A stretch of 64,000 nucleotides of DNA, from IMG/VR virus record IMGVR_UViG_3300023371_000084. One strand, given 5' to 3'. Position 1 is the first letter of the stretch; each line of letters opens with the position of its first letter. Positions 38,700 through 48,087 of the stretch are shown piece by piece. The translations under genes and the position numbers were made by a program. This DNA comes from an uncultured virus (IMG/VR IMGVR_UViG_3300023371_000084). Lineage: Duplodnaviria > Heunggongvirae > Uroviricota > Caudoviricetes. The notes beneath the pieces were generated by a model that was not told where the DNA came from, ran no database searches, and worked only from the letters and a program-made list of their open reading frames with translations.

Positions 38700-39778
38700 C
38701 GGCATTATTTTTCAGTGTGCATTTTGTGGTGTATTATATGAAGGAATGGAGATGGAAAGTGAAGGAAGGGAAGAAAAAATGTGAACCGCTCAAGCCTATT
38801 GAAAGCGGATTGCAGGCAATGCCGGAACGATCCCGAAACAGATACTATGTCAGGTGAGGTATATTGTCACGCATAGATGCATGCATTGCTTGACACATAC
38901 TGACAGATGATCATGCAGGCCAGCGCAGAAAAACAGGCTGCATTATAAGTCTGTTTTTTGACCTTTTACGGACTTAAACCCGGCAAAGGTTGAGCGTTTG
39001 TTATTGGTTTATATCTATACGACCGGGGGATAGTTTACATCTTCATAACTAATAGGCATGCAGATTGGGGATATACGCGCTGTATTTCACTCTCAGCAAT
39101 AAAATTTCCAACCTCTTCCCCCAAATTCACAAACCCTCAAACTTTGGGCGTTATCGTAATCATCTCCGAAGTTCGTGTAAACACTCAAACTTTGAGCGCT
39201 TCAATCGAAAATATCGAAGTTCCCCGAAATCGATTCAAAAGAAACTCAAGTCCGCAAATGTTGGCGCTTACAATGCAAAAACTTCGGTGATTTTCAGAAA
39301 TTTACCGAAGCATTTTTTGACTGAAACAAAAACTTGTGAGCCGCAAAAATGGAAAATCGCAAAGTTTGGGAATCATATCCTGCCCCCACTATTCACATCA
39401 ATCTGTTTGAATAAAAACGGCAGGAGCTTATCACTCTGAATGGAGCGTCAGCGCAATGAAGAGTGATAAGCCTGAATTGCAGACAAAAGTTTCCGTAATT
39501 TCATTGCGCACAAATACAAGTATTTGCGCGCTGCTCGATCAGACAAGCTGATCTCGCAATCATACAGGGAATTTCCTTTCTGGTTTAAATGGACGGTCGT
39601 TTTTAAAAACAAACAGATACAGTATTATATACTACGTATATATTATTAGACATAAGTTACGTATATAATACTGTAATGCAAAAATATATGTATACGTAAA
39701 TATATGTCTTTCTAAGGAGATGCAATTTTTCCACAAACCGCTCTTCAAAAACCTTTTAAAAATAAAGCAGAATAAGTA
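38700..39778. other. non-coding strand-switch region (candidate origin or packaging region)
   Basis: Divergent promoters either side, 48-bp-spaced repeats, several palindromes, AT-rich stretch. Confidence 0.5.
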
Positions 39779-39814
39779 TTGACACGCACACAAACTGGAG
39801 TTAAAATATAGTCA
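39779..39814 (+). promoter_or_regulatory. plus-strand copy of the repeated promoter
   Basis: TTGACA-cgcacacaaa-CTGGAGT-TAAAAT-ATAGTCA. Confidence 0.8.
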
Positions 39815-39838
39815 GAGGTTAAGCAAGGAGAAAAGACA

Positions 39839-40513
39839 ATGAGTTACGTGAAAGTGCCGCGCGGTCTGATTGAGGATCAAGACCTTGGAGACAAGCGGGT
39901 TCTCATATACATAGCCGCTGTTCTTTCGAATTGCGATGAAAACAGTATAGACAAGCTTGTGACCTATTGCGGTTATAGCCTAGATAGGCACTCAGGAACA
40001 GTAAAAAGCCAGTTCGAAGATGTGATCAGGCGTTTAGTGAGCAACGGATACCTCCAGTTCAGGCACGGCCATTTTGTCATTGGCCGCGTAAAAGATTGCT
40101 TTGGGATCATCTATCGAGATGAGATTGAGAAGATTATGCGTGCGCGAGAAGTTCGAAAGCATACACAGCAGCGCGTGAATCATGCTCATGCACTTTTACT
40201 TCTATCCTGTGTGCGATGCTATATGTTGCGGTCACATGATGCCCCGCATTACTCCAATCTACTGAAACGGATTTCTGAGAACATCGGAATTTCTGTGCGA
40301 AGCATTTCCGGTTGCGTGCGAGCGCTCGAAGACTTAGATATACTGCATAGCGAAGAACTTCCAAGATATAAAGATGAGAACGGGCTTTGGCACTCAAACG
40401 TTAGAATATTTGTGAATCGGCAATGCCGCGCTGTACCCTCATCAAAAAACTACGATTGGCGACAGGTTACAAGATGCGGTATCCAGATGATACTGAGGAA
40501 CCAAGTCAACTAA
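39839..40513 (+). CDS. putative winged-helix DNA-binding protein
   Basis: ISENIGISVRSISGCVRALEDLDIL HTH-like segment. Confidence 0.6.
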   Translation: MSYVKVPRGLIEDQDLGDKRVLIYIAAVLSNCDENSIDKLVTYCGYSLDRHSGTVKSQFEDVIRRLVSNGYLQFRHGHFVIGRVKDCFGIIYRDEIEKIMRAREVRKHTQQRVNHAHALLLLSCVRCYMLRSHDAPHYSNLLKRISENIGISVRSISGCVRALEDLDILHSEELPRYKDENGLWHSNVRIFVNRQCRAVPSSKNYDWRQVTRCGIQMILRNQVN

Positions 40514-40543
40514 GCTAAGACACACAGGAGAACGTATTATGAT

Positions 40544-40906
40544 TTGAGTAGCATTAATTTAAAAACGTCTAGGCCAAGTAAGGATATGACCGATGCGCAA
40601 TGGCAGGAATACTTTGAGCAGATGCGATCTTCGATCCGGCCAACAACCGAACGCAAGATGCGCAGAACGGGTTTTCGCTATCGTCAAAGTAGCGCACTTG
40701 ATATCCCAGATTCCTATCATGGCGAAACTATGTGGCAACGTTACTGTGATTTCATCAATGGCATTTTAAGCTCAATTCGTCATGGCGAATCTGACTATTG
40801 CTTCTATACGTATCAAATTGCAGAACTACTTCGTTTTGAAAATACACGGTTGAGATCCGAATGGATGCCGAACAATGGATGTTTCAGAGTTTGGGTTCAA
40901 AAGTAA
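40544..40906 (+). CDS. hypothetical protein
   Basis: ORF with AGGAG RBS. Confidence 0.6.
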   Translation: MSSINLKTSRPSKDMTDAQWQEYFEQMRSSIRPTTERKMRRTGFRYRQSSALDIPDSYHGETMWQRYCDFINGILSSIRHGESDYCFYTYQIAELLRFENTRLRSEWMPNNGCFRVWVQK

Positions 40907-40941
40907 TCAGATGTGTAACCAATAGAAATACGAGGTAGATT

Positions 40942-43725
40942 ATGCAGCAAAAGAGTTGTCATAGACTGATTTATAAGTTGCACAGCAAGCAACTGAAAAG
41001 AGCGAAGTGGAATCTGACAATAGACTTGTATAAAGCGCTACAGGAGCAGCCAAAGTCTGTTGTTGCTCTGAATGATAGCCAAGTCCTCCGATTCATTGAC
41101 ACAATCAATGGGATTGAGGACATCAACGGAAAGGTGTCAGAAATTAATCGGCGCATCAAGGCTGAAAAGAAGAAGCCGCGAAGCCGCGAAACCAAAGCAA
41201 ATATCAATAACCTTTATAGAGCTCTGTATGATTTGCAGTTCCAAAGCGATTACGTATGCGTGATCATGGACAGCAATTCAGATTATGACCGCGCGAACAA
41301 GGGATTCTCAATCAATGGAATCCGCTATCGGCGCTTTCTTGGAACCAATGGAGGTATCAAGAATTCTACCATCGTCTATGTCAAAGAAGCTCTATACCCG
41401 GAACTGAAAAAGCGGCTTGACAATGGGCGCAACATGAATGTTCCCCTTGTTCCTGCAAAGCTTGAAGCTTATCAAGCGCTTGTTTGTTCCGGCTCTACCC
41501 CACTCCCCGCGCCGAATGGCATCATTGTTGTTGACGATTGCATTACGCATTTTACAGATAACGTCATCCTAATCAACGATGAAACAGACGGCGAGCCGAC
41601 CATGACCTTTGAAAAAGACTATAAAATCGAACATAACGATTCGGATGGATATGGATTAATGCTCCCCTCCTACTCTCGCCGTGTCAATGCGTATTTGACC
41701 GGAGACGGAGAGAACACTATTTCAGGCATGAACACGCGATATTCGTGGACGAAGGGCATGGTTTACACCTTTGACTTTATCGAGTTTGCTGAGAAGGTTG
41801 CCGGGACGTATGAGATCACAGATATTTGGGGTTGCAAACGTGATATCCGCGATGCCGAAGTCATTTTGACGGCATCAATGCTCAAGCTTTGGAATTGCTA
41901 TGAGAGCTGGGAGGATTATTACAGGAATTGCGAGGAGAACGGATATCAATTCTCTGTGACCAAGACAACGCCAATGGAGCTTGAACATGTTCGTGACACG
42001 AACTATCAGTTTCTGCAAAGCTATACGCTGACGGATGAAGAGCTTGCCGAGCTTTGCCAGCCAACGATTGACGAGATCAAGGATGTCATTGGACTAGACT
42101 ATCGCAAGACGCTTGCTTTTGCGGCGGGATTCGGACTCAATGATCGAAACGCCTTTGAAGAGAGCGTGCCGAATTATGCGCGAGCGCTCATGGCAGACAA
42201 GCGAATGATCAACGACCCATTCGTAAGACGCAAGGTTTGGAACATGATTTCCAAACGGATTGACGCAGCAAAACGCGGCGCGATTCGTGTGAATGCCAAT
42301 TACGCCATGATCTCAGGAGACCCTTATGCGCTTGCTCAAAGCATGTTTGGTTTAGAAGTGACCGGACTTCTCAAGGCTCAGGAAATTTACCATAAGTATT
42401 GGATTGATAAAGGATCTGATGAGCTGGTTTGTTTCAGAGCACCGATGACATGCCACAACAACATTCGCAAGATGAAGCTGTGCAAGAGCGATGAGGCGGC
42501 GCATTGGTATCAGTATATCAAGACTGCGTTGATTTACAATTGCTGGGATACTGCTTGCGATGCAATGAATGGCGCAGACAAAGACGGCGACACCAATATG
42601 TGTACAGACAATCCTATCCTCCTCAAGCGGACGCTGAATTCGCCCACAATTATGTGTGTACAGCGAAAGGCTGAGAAAAAGGTTGCAACAGAAGATGATA
42701 TTGTGCAGGCAAACAAGCTTGCATTCAATGATGACATCGGCGTTGTAACGAATCATGTTACCAGCATGATCGAGGTGCAAGCCGGTTTTGAGCCGGATTC
42801 TGACGAATATGAGGCACTAAGTTATCGCATCATGTGCGGCCAGCTTTACCAGCAAAATACGATTGATCGCGCGAAGGGAATTATTGCAAAACCAATGCCC
42901 GTATACTGGTATAGCTATCGTGAGCTTGCGATTCATGACGAAGATGACGAAGATGTTATTGAACAAAAGGAATTCAATAGAAGGATTGCTGCGCTGCGCA
43001 AGCCGTACTTCATGTCATACGTATATCCGACGCTCAGGTCTGACTACAAGCAGTACATCAAGACCGCGAATAAGAATGCCTGCCGCAATTTCTTGGATTA
43101 TGGAATCAACAGCGTTTCGGATCTGAGTAGTTACCCAGAGAAGACGGAGCAAATGGAAGTTTTTCTGTCTTACTATGATCGCCTAATGCCAACGGGCAAC
43201 AATAGCTGTGTGGTCAATAGAATTTGCTGGCTGTTTGAAAACGAGTTTAAGAACTTCTCTTCGGCTATGACCGATATGCCGGATTTTGATTACGATATCA
43301 TGAAGGGCGACGTATCGTACAGCAGGAGCATATTCAATAGAATCAGCAAGCTATATTGTGAGCACAAGATCAGGTGTAATAAGCTCATTCAGTCCATGAG
43401 GACAGAGCGGGTTGATGACGAGCACATTATCAGTGAGCGTATGCGCATTATGGATTCATTCCAGAAAGAGTGCTATTGCGAATGCTCCAATGAGGATGAG
43501 CTGTGCGATATCGTTCTTGATATGTGCTATCGAAGCGAGAATTCGAAGCAGTTCGCTTGGGATATTTGCTGGAAGGTCATTTTGAAGAACCTTCTGCAAA
43601 AGAGTGGTGGATATATCGAATACCCCGCCCTTGTTGAGCGTGATGGAGATTTCGAGTTTTGTGGAAAGCAGTTTACTATGGTAAGTAAGAACGTTTTAGA
43701 GGGCGACAATGATTATACTGAATGA
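40942..43725 (+). CDS. YonO-like single-subunit (two-barrel) phage RNA polymerase
   Basis: 927 aa; DGYG, KGM, FRAP and NGADKDGD (DxDGD) motifs; position upstream of late genes as in SPbeta. Confidence 0.85.
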   Translation: MQQKSCHRLIYKLHSKQLKRAKWNLTIDLYKALQEQPKSVVALNDSQVLRFIDTINGIEDINGKVSEINRRIKAEKKKPRSRETKANINNLYRALYDLQFQSDYVCVIMDSNSDYDRANKGFSINGIRYRRFLGTNGGIKNSTIVYVKEALYPELKKRLDNGRNMNVPLVPAKLEAYQALVCSGSTPLPAPNGIIVVDDCITHFTDNVILINDETDGEPTMTFEKDYKIEHNDSDGYGLMLPSYSRRVNAYLTGDGENTISGMNTRYSWTKGMVYTFDFIEFAEKVAGTYEITDIWGCKRDIRDAEVILTASMLKLWNCYESWEDYYRNCEENGYQFSVTKTTPMELEHVRDTNYQFLQSYTLTDEELAELCQPTIDEIKDVIGLDYRKTLAFAAGFGLNDRNAFEESVPNYARALMADKRMINDPFVRRKVWNMISKRIDAAKRGAIRVNANYAMISGDPYALAQSMFGLEVTGLLKAQEIYHKYWIDKGSDELVCFRAPMTCHNNIRKMKLCKSDEAAHWYQYIKTALIYNCWDTACDAMNGADKDGDTNMCTDNPILLKRTLNSPTIMCVQRKAEKKVATEDDIVQANKLAFNDDIGVVTNHVTSMIEVQAGFEPDSDEYEALSYRIMCGQLYQQNTIDRAKGIIAKPMPVYWYSYRELAIHDEDDEDVIEQKEFNRRIAALRKPYFMSYVYPTLRSDYKQYIKTANKNACRNFLDYGINSVSDLSSYPEKTEQMEVFLSYYDRLMPTGNNSCVVNRICWLFENEFKNFSSAMTDMPDFDYDIMKGDVSYSRSIFNRISKLYCEHKIRCNKLIQSMRTERVDDEHIISERMRIMDSFQKECYCECSNEDELCDIVLDMCYRSENSKQFAWDICWKVILKNLLQKSGGYIEYPALVERDGDFEFCGKQFTMVSKNVLEGDNDYTE

Positions 43726-44581
43726 AAAGGAATACGCAGAGGAATGCCTAAAGAGCGGTATCGTGAACGGTAAGCCTCTGCATACGATCAATATATTGGC
43801 AAAATACTACCATCACATTATGGGGTATCGAAAAAAGCAAATTGCCGATCTGCTGCTTGCTTTCCTAGAAAAGCACTATCCATGCTATGTCTATACAAAG
43901 GATTATTGGATTGACAGTATTGAGCATGCGGCGCAGAATGCGGGAAAGTTTGCATTACACGAAATCAATGATGTGCGCATTACTGAAAATGAGCTCGTTG
44001 CTATTTCCACGTTGGGCAACAAGGTACTTGAGCGACTTGCATTTACCGTCCTTTGTATCGCAAAGCTCAACAATGCTAGGAACCCAAACAACAATGGATG
44101 GGTAAACACTGAGGATAAAGAGGTATTCAAGATCGCGCGGATCTCAGACAATACGATTGATCGGCAGAAACGTATTGGCAAGCTATGCGCAGCAGGGCTG
44201 ATCGAATTACCAAAGCGCATTGACAATGACAGCTATCGCGTAACGTTTATCGACGACAGTTCCCCCGTTGTTTTAACCATCTCAGATTTCAGAGAGCTTG
44301 GGTATGAATATCTGAGGTATGTCGGCGGTAATTTCATCAGATGTCAGGAGTGCAACATCCTGACGCGAGGAAACAAGAACGGAACAAAGCGTTATTGCCC
44401 AAATTGCGTTGCGTATTCTCCAAAGGAGACCAAGGAGGTAACGTGCATAGACTGTGGCGAACTGTTTGAAATCTCATCGAAAAACAATTCGTCTAGGAGA
44501 TGTTCGTACTGTCAGCGTGTTAGAAAACGCGAATTGGGGCGGTTGCGTTTGCAGAAACACCGCAACAAAGAGGCAATGTAA
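43709..44581 (+). CDS. zinc-ribbon protein coupled to the RNA polymerase gene
   Basis: Four C-terminal CxxC pairs; overlaps RNAP stop. Confidence 0.7.
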   Translation: MIILNEKEYAEECLKSGIVNGKPLHTINILAKYYHHIMGYRKKQIADLLLAFLEKHYPCYVYTKDYWIDSIEHAAQNAGKFALHEINDVRITENELVAISTLGNKVLERLAFTVLCIAKLNNARNPNNNGWVNTEDKEVFKIARISDNTIDRQKRIGKLCAAGLIELPKRIDNDSYRVTFIDDSSPVVLTISDFRELGYEYLRYVGGNFIRCQECNILTRGNKNGTKRYCPNCVAYSPKETKEVTCIDCGELFEISSKNNSSRRCSYCQRVRKRELGRLRLQKHRNKEAM

Positions 44582-44891
44582 CGCTCACAATTTTAGGATG
44601 AATTTCAAAATACCTCCCCCAACGCCCCAACCTTTGAGGGCTACAACGCCTGCGATAAAAAGTTCGATTTTTGTTATTCTGGAGGGTATATACCCTTTCA
44701 TCTTTCTCATTTCTTTATCTTTCTCTTTTCTTTGTGCCATGCTGACGCAGTATTCGCTCTGCGTCGGCATGCAATCGAAAACACTGCGGCTGTGAAAATC
44801 ATCCTTCTATGTAATTTAAAAGATTGGATATGTATACAAATTGATTTTCAGATTCCCGCTTTTATATACATATGGCGTTTCGCCATAATAT

Positions 44892-44967
44892 TCTCAGTTA
44901 GCTCAGTTGGCAGAGCATCTGACTGTTAATCAGAGGGCCGCTGGTTCAAGCCCAGCACTGAGAGCCA
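44892..44967 (+). tRNA. tRNA-Asn(GTT)
   Basis: TCTCAGTTAGCTCAG...CTGTTAA...GGTTCAAGCC...GAGAGCCA. Confidence 0.93.
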
Positions 44968-44971
44968 ATAA

Positions 44972-45058
44972 GGGTAAGTAGAGCGTAATTGGTATCGCCC
45001 CGGACTGTAAATTCGGTGCCAATGGCCGTTGTAGGTTCAAGTCCTACCTTGCCCACCA
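44972..45058 (+). tRNA. tRNA-Tyr(GTA)
   Basis: Loop CTGTAAA, long variable arm, T-arm GTAGGTTCAAGTCCTAC, CCA. Confidence 0.9.
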
Positions 45059-45084
45059 AGTAGAAATGAGAATTTCAGAGAGTT

Positions 45085-45118
45085 AGGCGTTTCCTGCATT
45101 TGTAGGATGCGCCTTTTT
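45085..45118 (+). terminator. intrinsic terminator
   Basis: AGGCG..TCCTGCA/TGTAGGA..CGCCT hairpin + T tract. Confidence 0.6.
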
Positions 45119-45131
45119 ATGGTGGTGAAGA

Positions 45132-46364
45132 GTGAGAATGATTTCAGAATTGCAAAAAAAGATACAAGATTGTGGTTTGACACTGGAACAATATGAGGCT
45201 TGCTTGGCAGATGCAACTGCAAAGGTGAACCGTACTACGGACATCGACTGGCAGGAGATCGTAGAAAAGTATAACCTCAACGTTCATTATGACACATTGC
45301 GCAAGGCGACTCAAACGATTTTCGGAGGCGCTTTCGTATCGGAATACTACAAAGAAAAACATGCTGCCAAGTCTGGCAACAATAGCTATCTGACTGAGAT
45401 TCGTGAAGCAAAACAGGCTGTACGGATGGAAAAGCAGCAGCTCTTTGATGAAAGAACTGCGCTGAATAAAAAGCTTCGTGAGGCTGCGAGGATTCAAAAT
45501 GATCTGAGCCACCTTGAATCTCTTATTAAAGAAAGAGCAGCTATCGAGTTGCCTGTACATGAACAGCCGATCATTTCTTCTGGCAATGATCTGGTTGCAT
45601 GTTTGTCAGACTTTCATTATGGAGCAGATACCGACAGCTCATTTGGTCGTTACAATTCGACTATCGCCGCAGAGAGACTGTCTGAATACATTGAGAGAAT
45701 TATTGAGGTTCAAAAGACTCACAACGCTGAGAATCTATATGTGCTATTTCTTGGCGATCTGATCAATGGTGAGATTCATTTTACCGTGCAGCTAGAAAGC
45801 AGAGAGATGCTTGTGCAACAAGTTCAAGAGGCGGCGGAATTGCTCTCCAGCTTTGTTTATCAATTGAGCAGCCATTTCAACAATGTATATGTGAATGGCG
45901 TTGCTGGCAACCACAGCCGAACCTCATTCAAAGATCAAGTTTTGCGTGGTAACAGATTAGATAACTTGATCCCATGGTATATGAAAGCAAAACTGCAGCA
46001 TATCGACAATATCTTCTTTATGGATTCACAGAACTATGACCCTACCATCGGAAGCTTAACAATCCGTGGTCAGGAATACTGGATGGTTCATGGCGATTGG
46101 GATTCATTTAATGAAGCAGGTGTATCCAAGTTGATTGTAATGATTGGACATAGACCTGCTGCAATCTTCTATGGTCATATGCACCACAACAGCTACGATG
46201 AAGTGGCTGGCGGTGTTCAAATTATTCGCAGCGGTTGTTTCTCAGGATCTGGGGACGATCACTGTGTTTCCAAGCGTATAGCTGGCTTGCCTAGTCAGGC
46301 AGTGGCTGTTGTTGATAGCAATGGTGCGAAATGTTGCTATCCTATTCGTTTCAAGAGAAAGTGA
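45132..46364 (+). CDS. calcineurin-like metallophosphoesterase
   Basis: SDFH, LGDLING, GNH, HGD, GHMH. Confidence 0.85.
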   Translation: MRMISELQKKIQDCGLTLEQYEACLADATAKVNRTTDIDWQEIVEKYNLNVHYDTLRKATQTIFGGAFVSEYYKEKHAAKSGNNSYLTEIREAKQAVRMEKQQLFDERTALNKKLREAARIQNDLSHLESLIKERAAIELPVHEQPIISSGNDLVACLSDFHYGADTDSSFGRYNSTIAAERLSEYIERIIEVQKTHNAENLYVLFLGDLINGEIHFTVQLESREMLVQQVQEAAELLSSFVYQLSSHFNNVYVNGVAGNHSRTSFKDQVLRGNRLDNLIPWYMKAKLQHIDNIFFMDSQNYDPTIGSLTIRGQEYWMVHGDWDSFNEAGVSKLIVMIGHRPAAIFYGHMHHNSYDEVAGGVQIIRSGCFSGSGDDHCVSKRIAGLPSQAVAVVDSNGAKCCYPIRFKRK

Positions 46365-46377
46365 TGGAGTGAGAATT

Positions 46378-46656
46378 ATGGGTAAGAATGAATTGGTTAT
46401 GAATATTTCTCAGCGAACAGGGCTTGCAAAAGAGCCTTGCGAAGCTGTTATTGACGCATTTGCAGAGGAGATTAAAGACGCTCTGGTAAATGGCGAAAAG
46501 GTTATGATCAGGGGTTTTATGAGCTTTGAGGTAGGCACTCGTCGTGAGCATGACGCACGTAACCCGAAGACTGGCGAAATGGAGCTCTGCCCTGCGGTGA
46601 AAACCGTGAAATGTAAAGTTGGTCAAGCCATAAAAGATGCGGTCAACGGAAAGTGA
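46378..46656 (+). CDS. HU-family DNA-binding protein
   Basis: KNELV..I...GEKV.IRGF.SF...ARNPKTGE. Confidence 0.9.
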   Translation: MGKNELVMNISQRTGLAKEPCEAVIDAFAEEIKDALVNGEKVMIRGFMSFEVGTRREHDARNPKTGEMELCPAVKTVKCKVGQAIKDAVNGK

Positions 46657-46666
46657 GGATATAAAT

Positions 46667-47122
46667 ATGGAACAGGTATTTCTAAATGATTGCGAATTGC
46701 TTTCCGATATGATGTACGAAGACGCATCCGAAGGTAAAACTGTGTATGCCGTGCTGTTTTATGAGCAGGCTGCGGAACTGATGAAGCGTCTGCTGGATTA
46801 CAGTGATGTTGATCTGTGCGATATCGAACTGGCTCCGGGAGACATGAACGGATACTATCACGAATACTATGTCGTTCTGGATACCGATATGGTTATTCAT
46901 ATTCAACCTGCTTGGCATGCAAAGAATGAGTATTGCGGCGAAGGTTATTACGGCTTTGACGCTGATCTCATTTACATTGATGGAGAAGCAAACTCTGCTA
47001 TTCTGCGTGGGCAGGAAATGAATAACTGCTATGAGATCGTGTGGGAAGAAGACGACTGCTGCTTTGGTTGCGCTCCGGTTGTCGTGAATGTGAACGCTCA
47101 TTTCGACATCGGCATTGATTGA
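46667..47122 (+). CDS. acidic hypothetical protein
   Basis: ORF with GAGG RBS. Confidence 0.6.
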   Translation: MEQVFLNDCELLSDMMYEDASEGKTVYAVLFYEQAAELMKRLLDYSDVDLCDIELAPGDMNGYYHEYYVVLDTDMVIHIQPAWHAKNEYCGEGYYGFDADLIYIDGEANSAILRGQEMNNCYEIVWEEDDCCFGCAPVVVNVNAHFDIGID

Positions 47123-47151
47123 TGATTGATGCGCTATTGTAGTTTGGAGAG

Positions 47152-48087
47152 ATGGGCATGACAAACGAAGTGAATTCTGGCAGCGCAACAAAATATACGT
47201 GCTGCCAATGCGGAGATAATCTGGCGCTGAATCGCTTTTTTAAGAGCAACAGCGAATTGTATGCTGGAATAGGCCATCTCCCAATCTGCAAGGATTGCTT
47301 GGTGCGGGAGTATAAGCGATATAGAATTGAATATCAGAATGCTCATAGAGCAATGCAGCGTTTATGTATGATGTGTGACATCTACTATGACGCTGCTTTA
47401 TTTGATAATTGTTATGACGACGATGATACCATTGTTGGAAACTATATCAAGAAAACGAACATCCGGCAATACAAAGGCAGAACCTTTGATACGACCATTC
47501 ATGAAAGTGGTCTATATTTTACTGGCGAACAGTCAAACGATGTGCCAGACGAAAACGGCGAAGGAAAAGAAACGCCAATTGATCCAAGGCTGATTGAAAA
47601 ATGGGGAGCTGGTCTGACGCAAATGGACTATGACTTGCTTGAAAACCATTATAGACAAATCAAGTCTTCCAATCCGAAATGCGATAACAACCAAGAGCTT
47701 TTCATCTTTGACCTGTGCTACACAAAGATGCAGCAGATGAAAGCTATCAGGGAAAACCGCGTTGATGATTACAACAAAATGACGGAGTTGTACAGAAAGA
47801 CTTTCTCGCAAGCCGGACTGAAAACTGTTCAGGAAACCAGCAGCAATAACGAAGACTGCTGGGGTATCTGGCAAGCGAGAATTGCTCAATACACACCCGA
47901 AGAATACTATAAGAACAAGAAGCTGTATAAAGATTTTGACGGAATTGGCGATTATATGGAGCGCTTTATTTTGAGGCCGCTTCGCAATCTGATGTTTGGT
48001 ACGCAGGATCGTGACCCGGAATTCTGTGTGCATGACGACACTGAGGAAAACGACGATGTTGACTCAGACACAGAAGACACGCTATAA
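47152..48087 (+). CDS. Cys-rich protein upstream of terminase (putative small subunit)
   Basis: CCQC..PICKDC; synteny. Confidence 0.55.
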   Translation: MGMTNEVNSGSATKYTCCQCGDNLALNRFFKSNSELYAGIGHLPICKDCLVREYKRYRIEYQNAHRAMQRLCMMCDIYYDAALFDNCYDDDDTIVGNYIKKTNIRQYKGRTFDTTIHESGLYFTGEQSNDVPDENGEGKETPIDPRLIEKWGAGLTQMDYDLLENHYRQIKSSNPKCDNNQELFIFDLCYTKMQQMKAIRENRVDDYNKMTELYRKTFSQAGLKTVQETSSNNEDCWGIWQARIAQYTPEEYYKNKKLYKDFDGIGDYMERFILRPLRNLMFGTQDRDPEFCVHDDTEENDDVDSDTEDTL

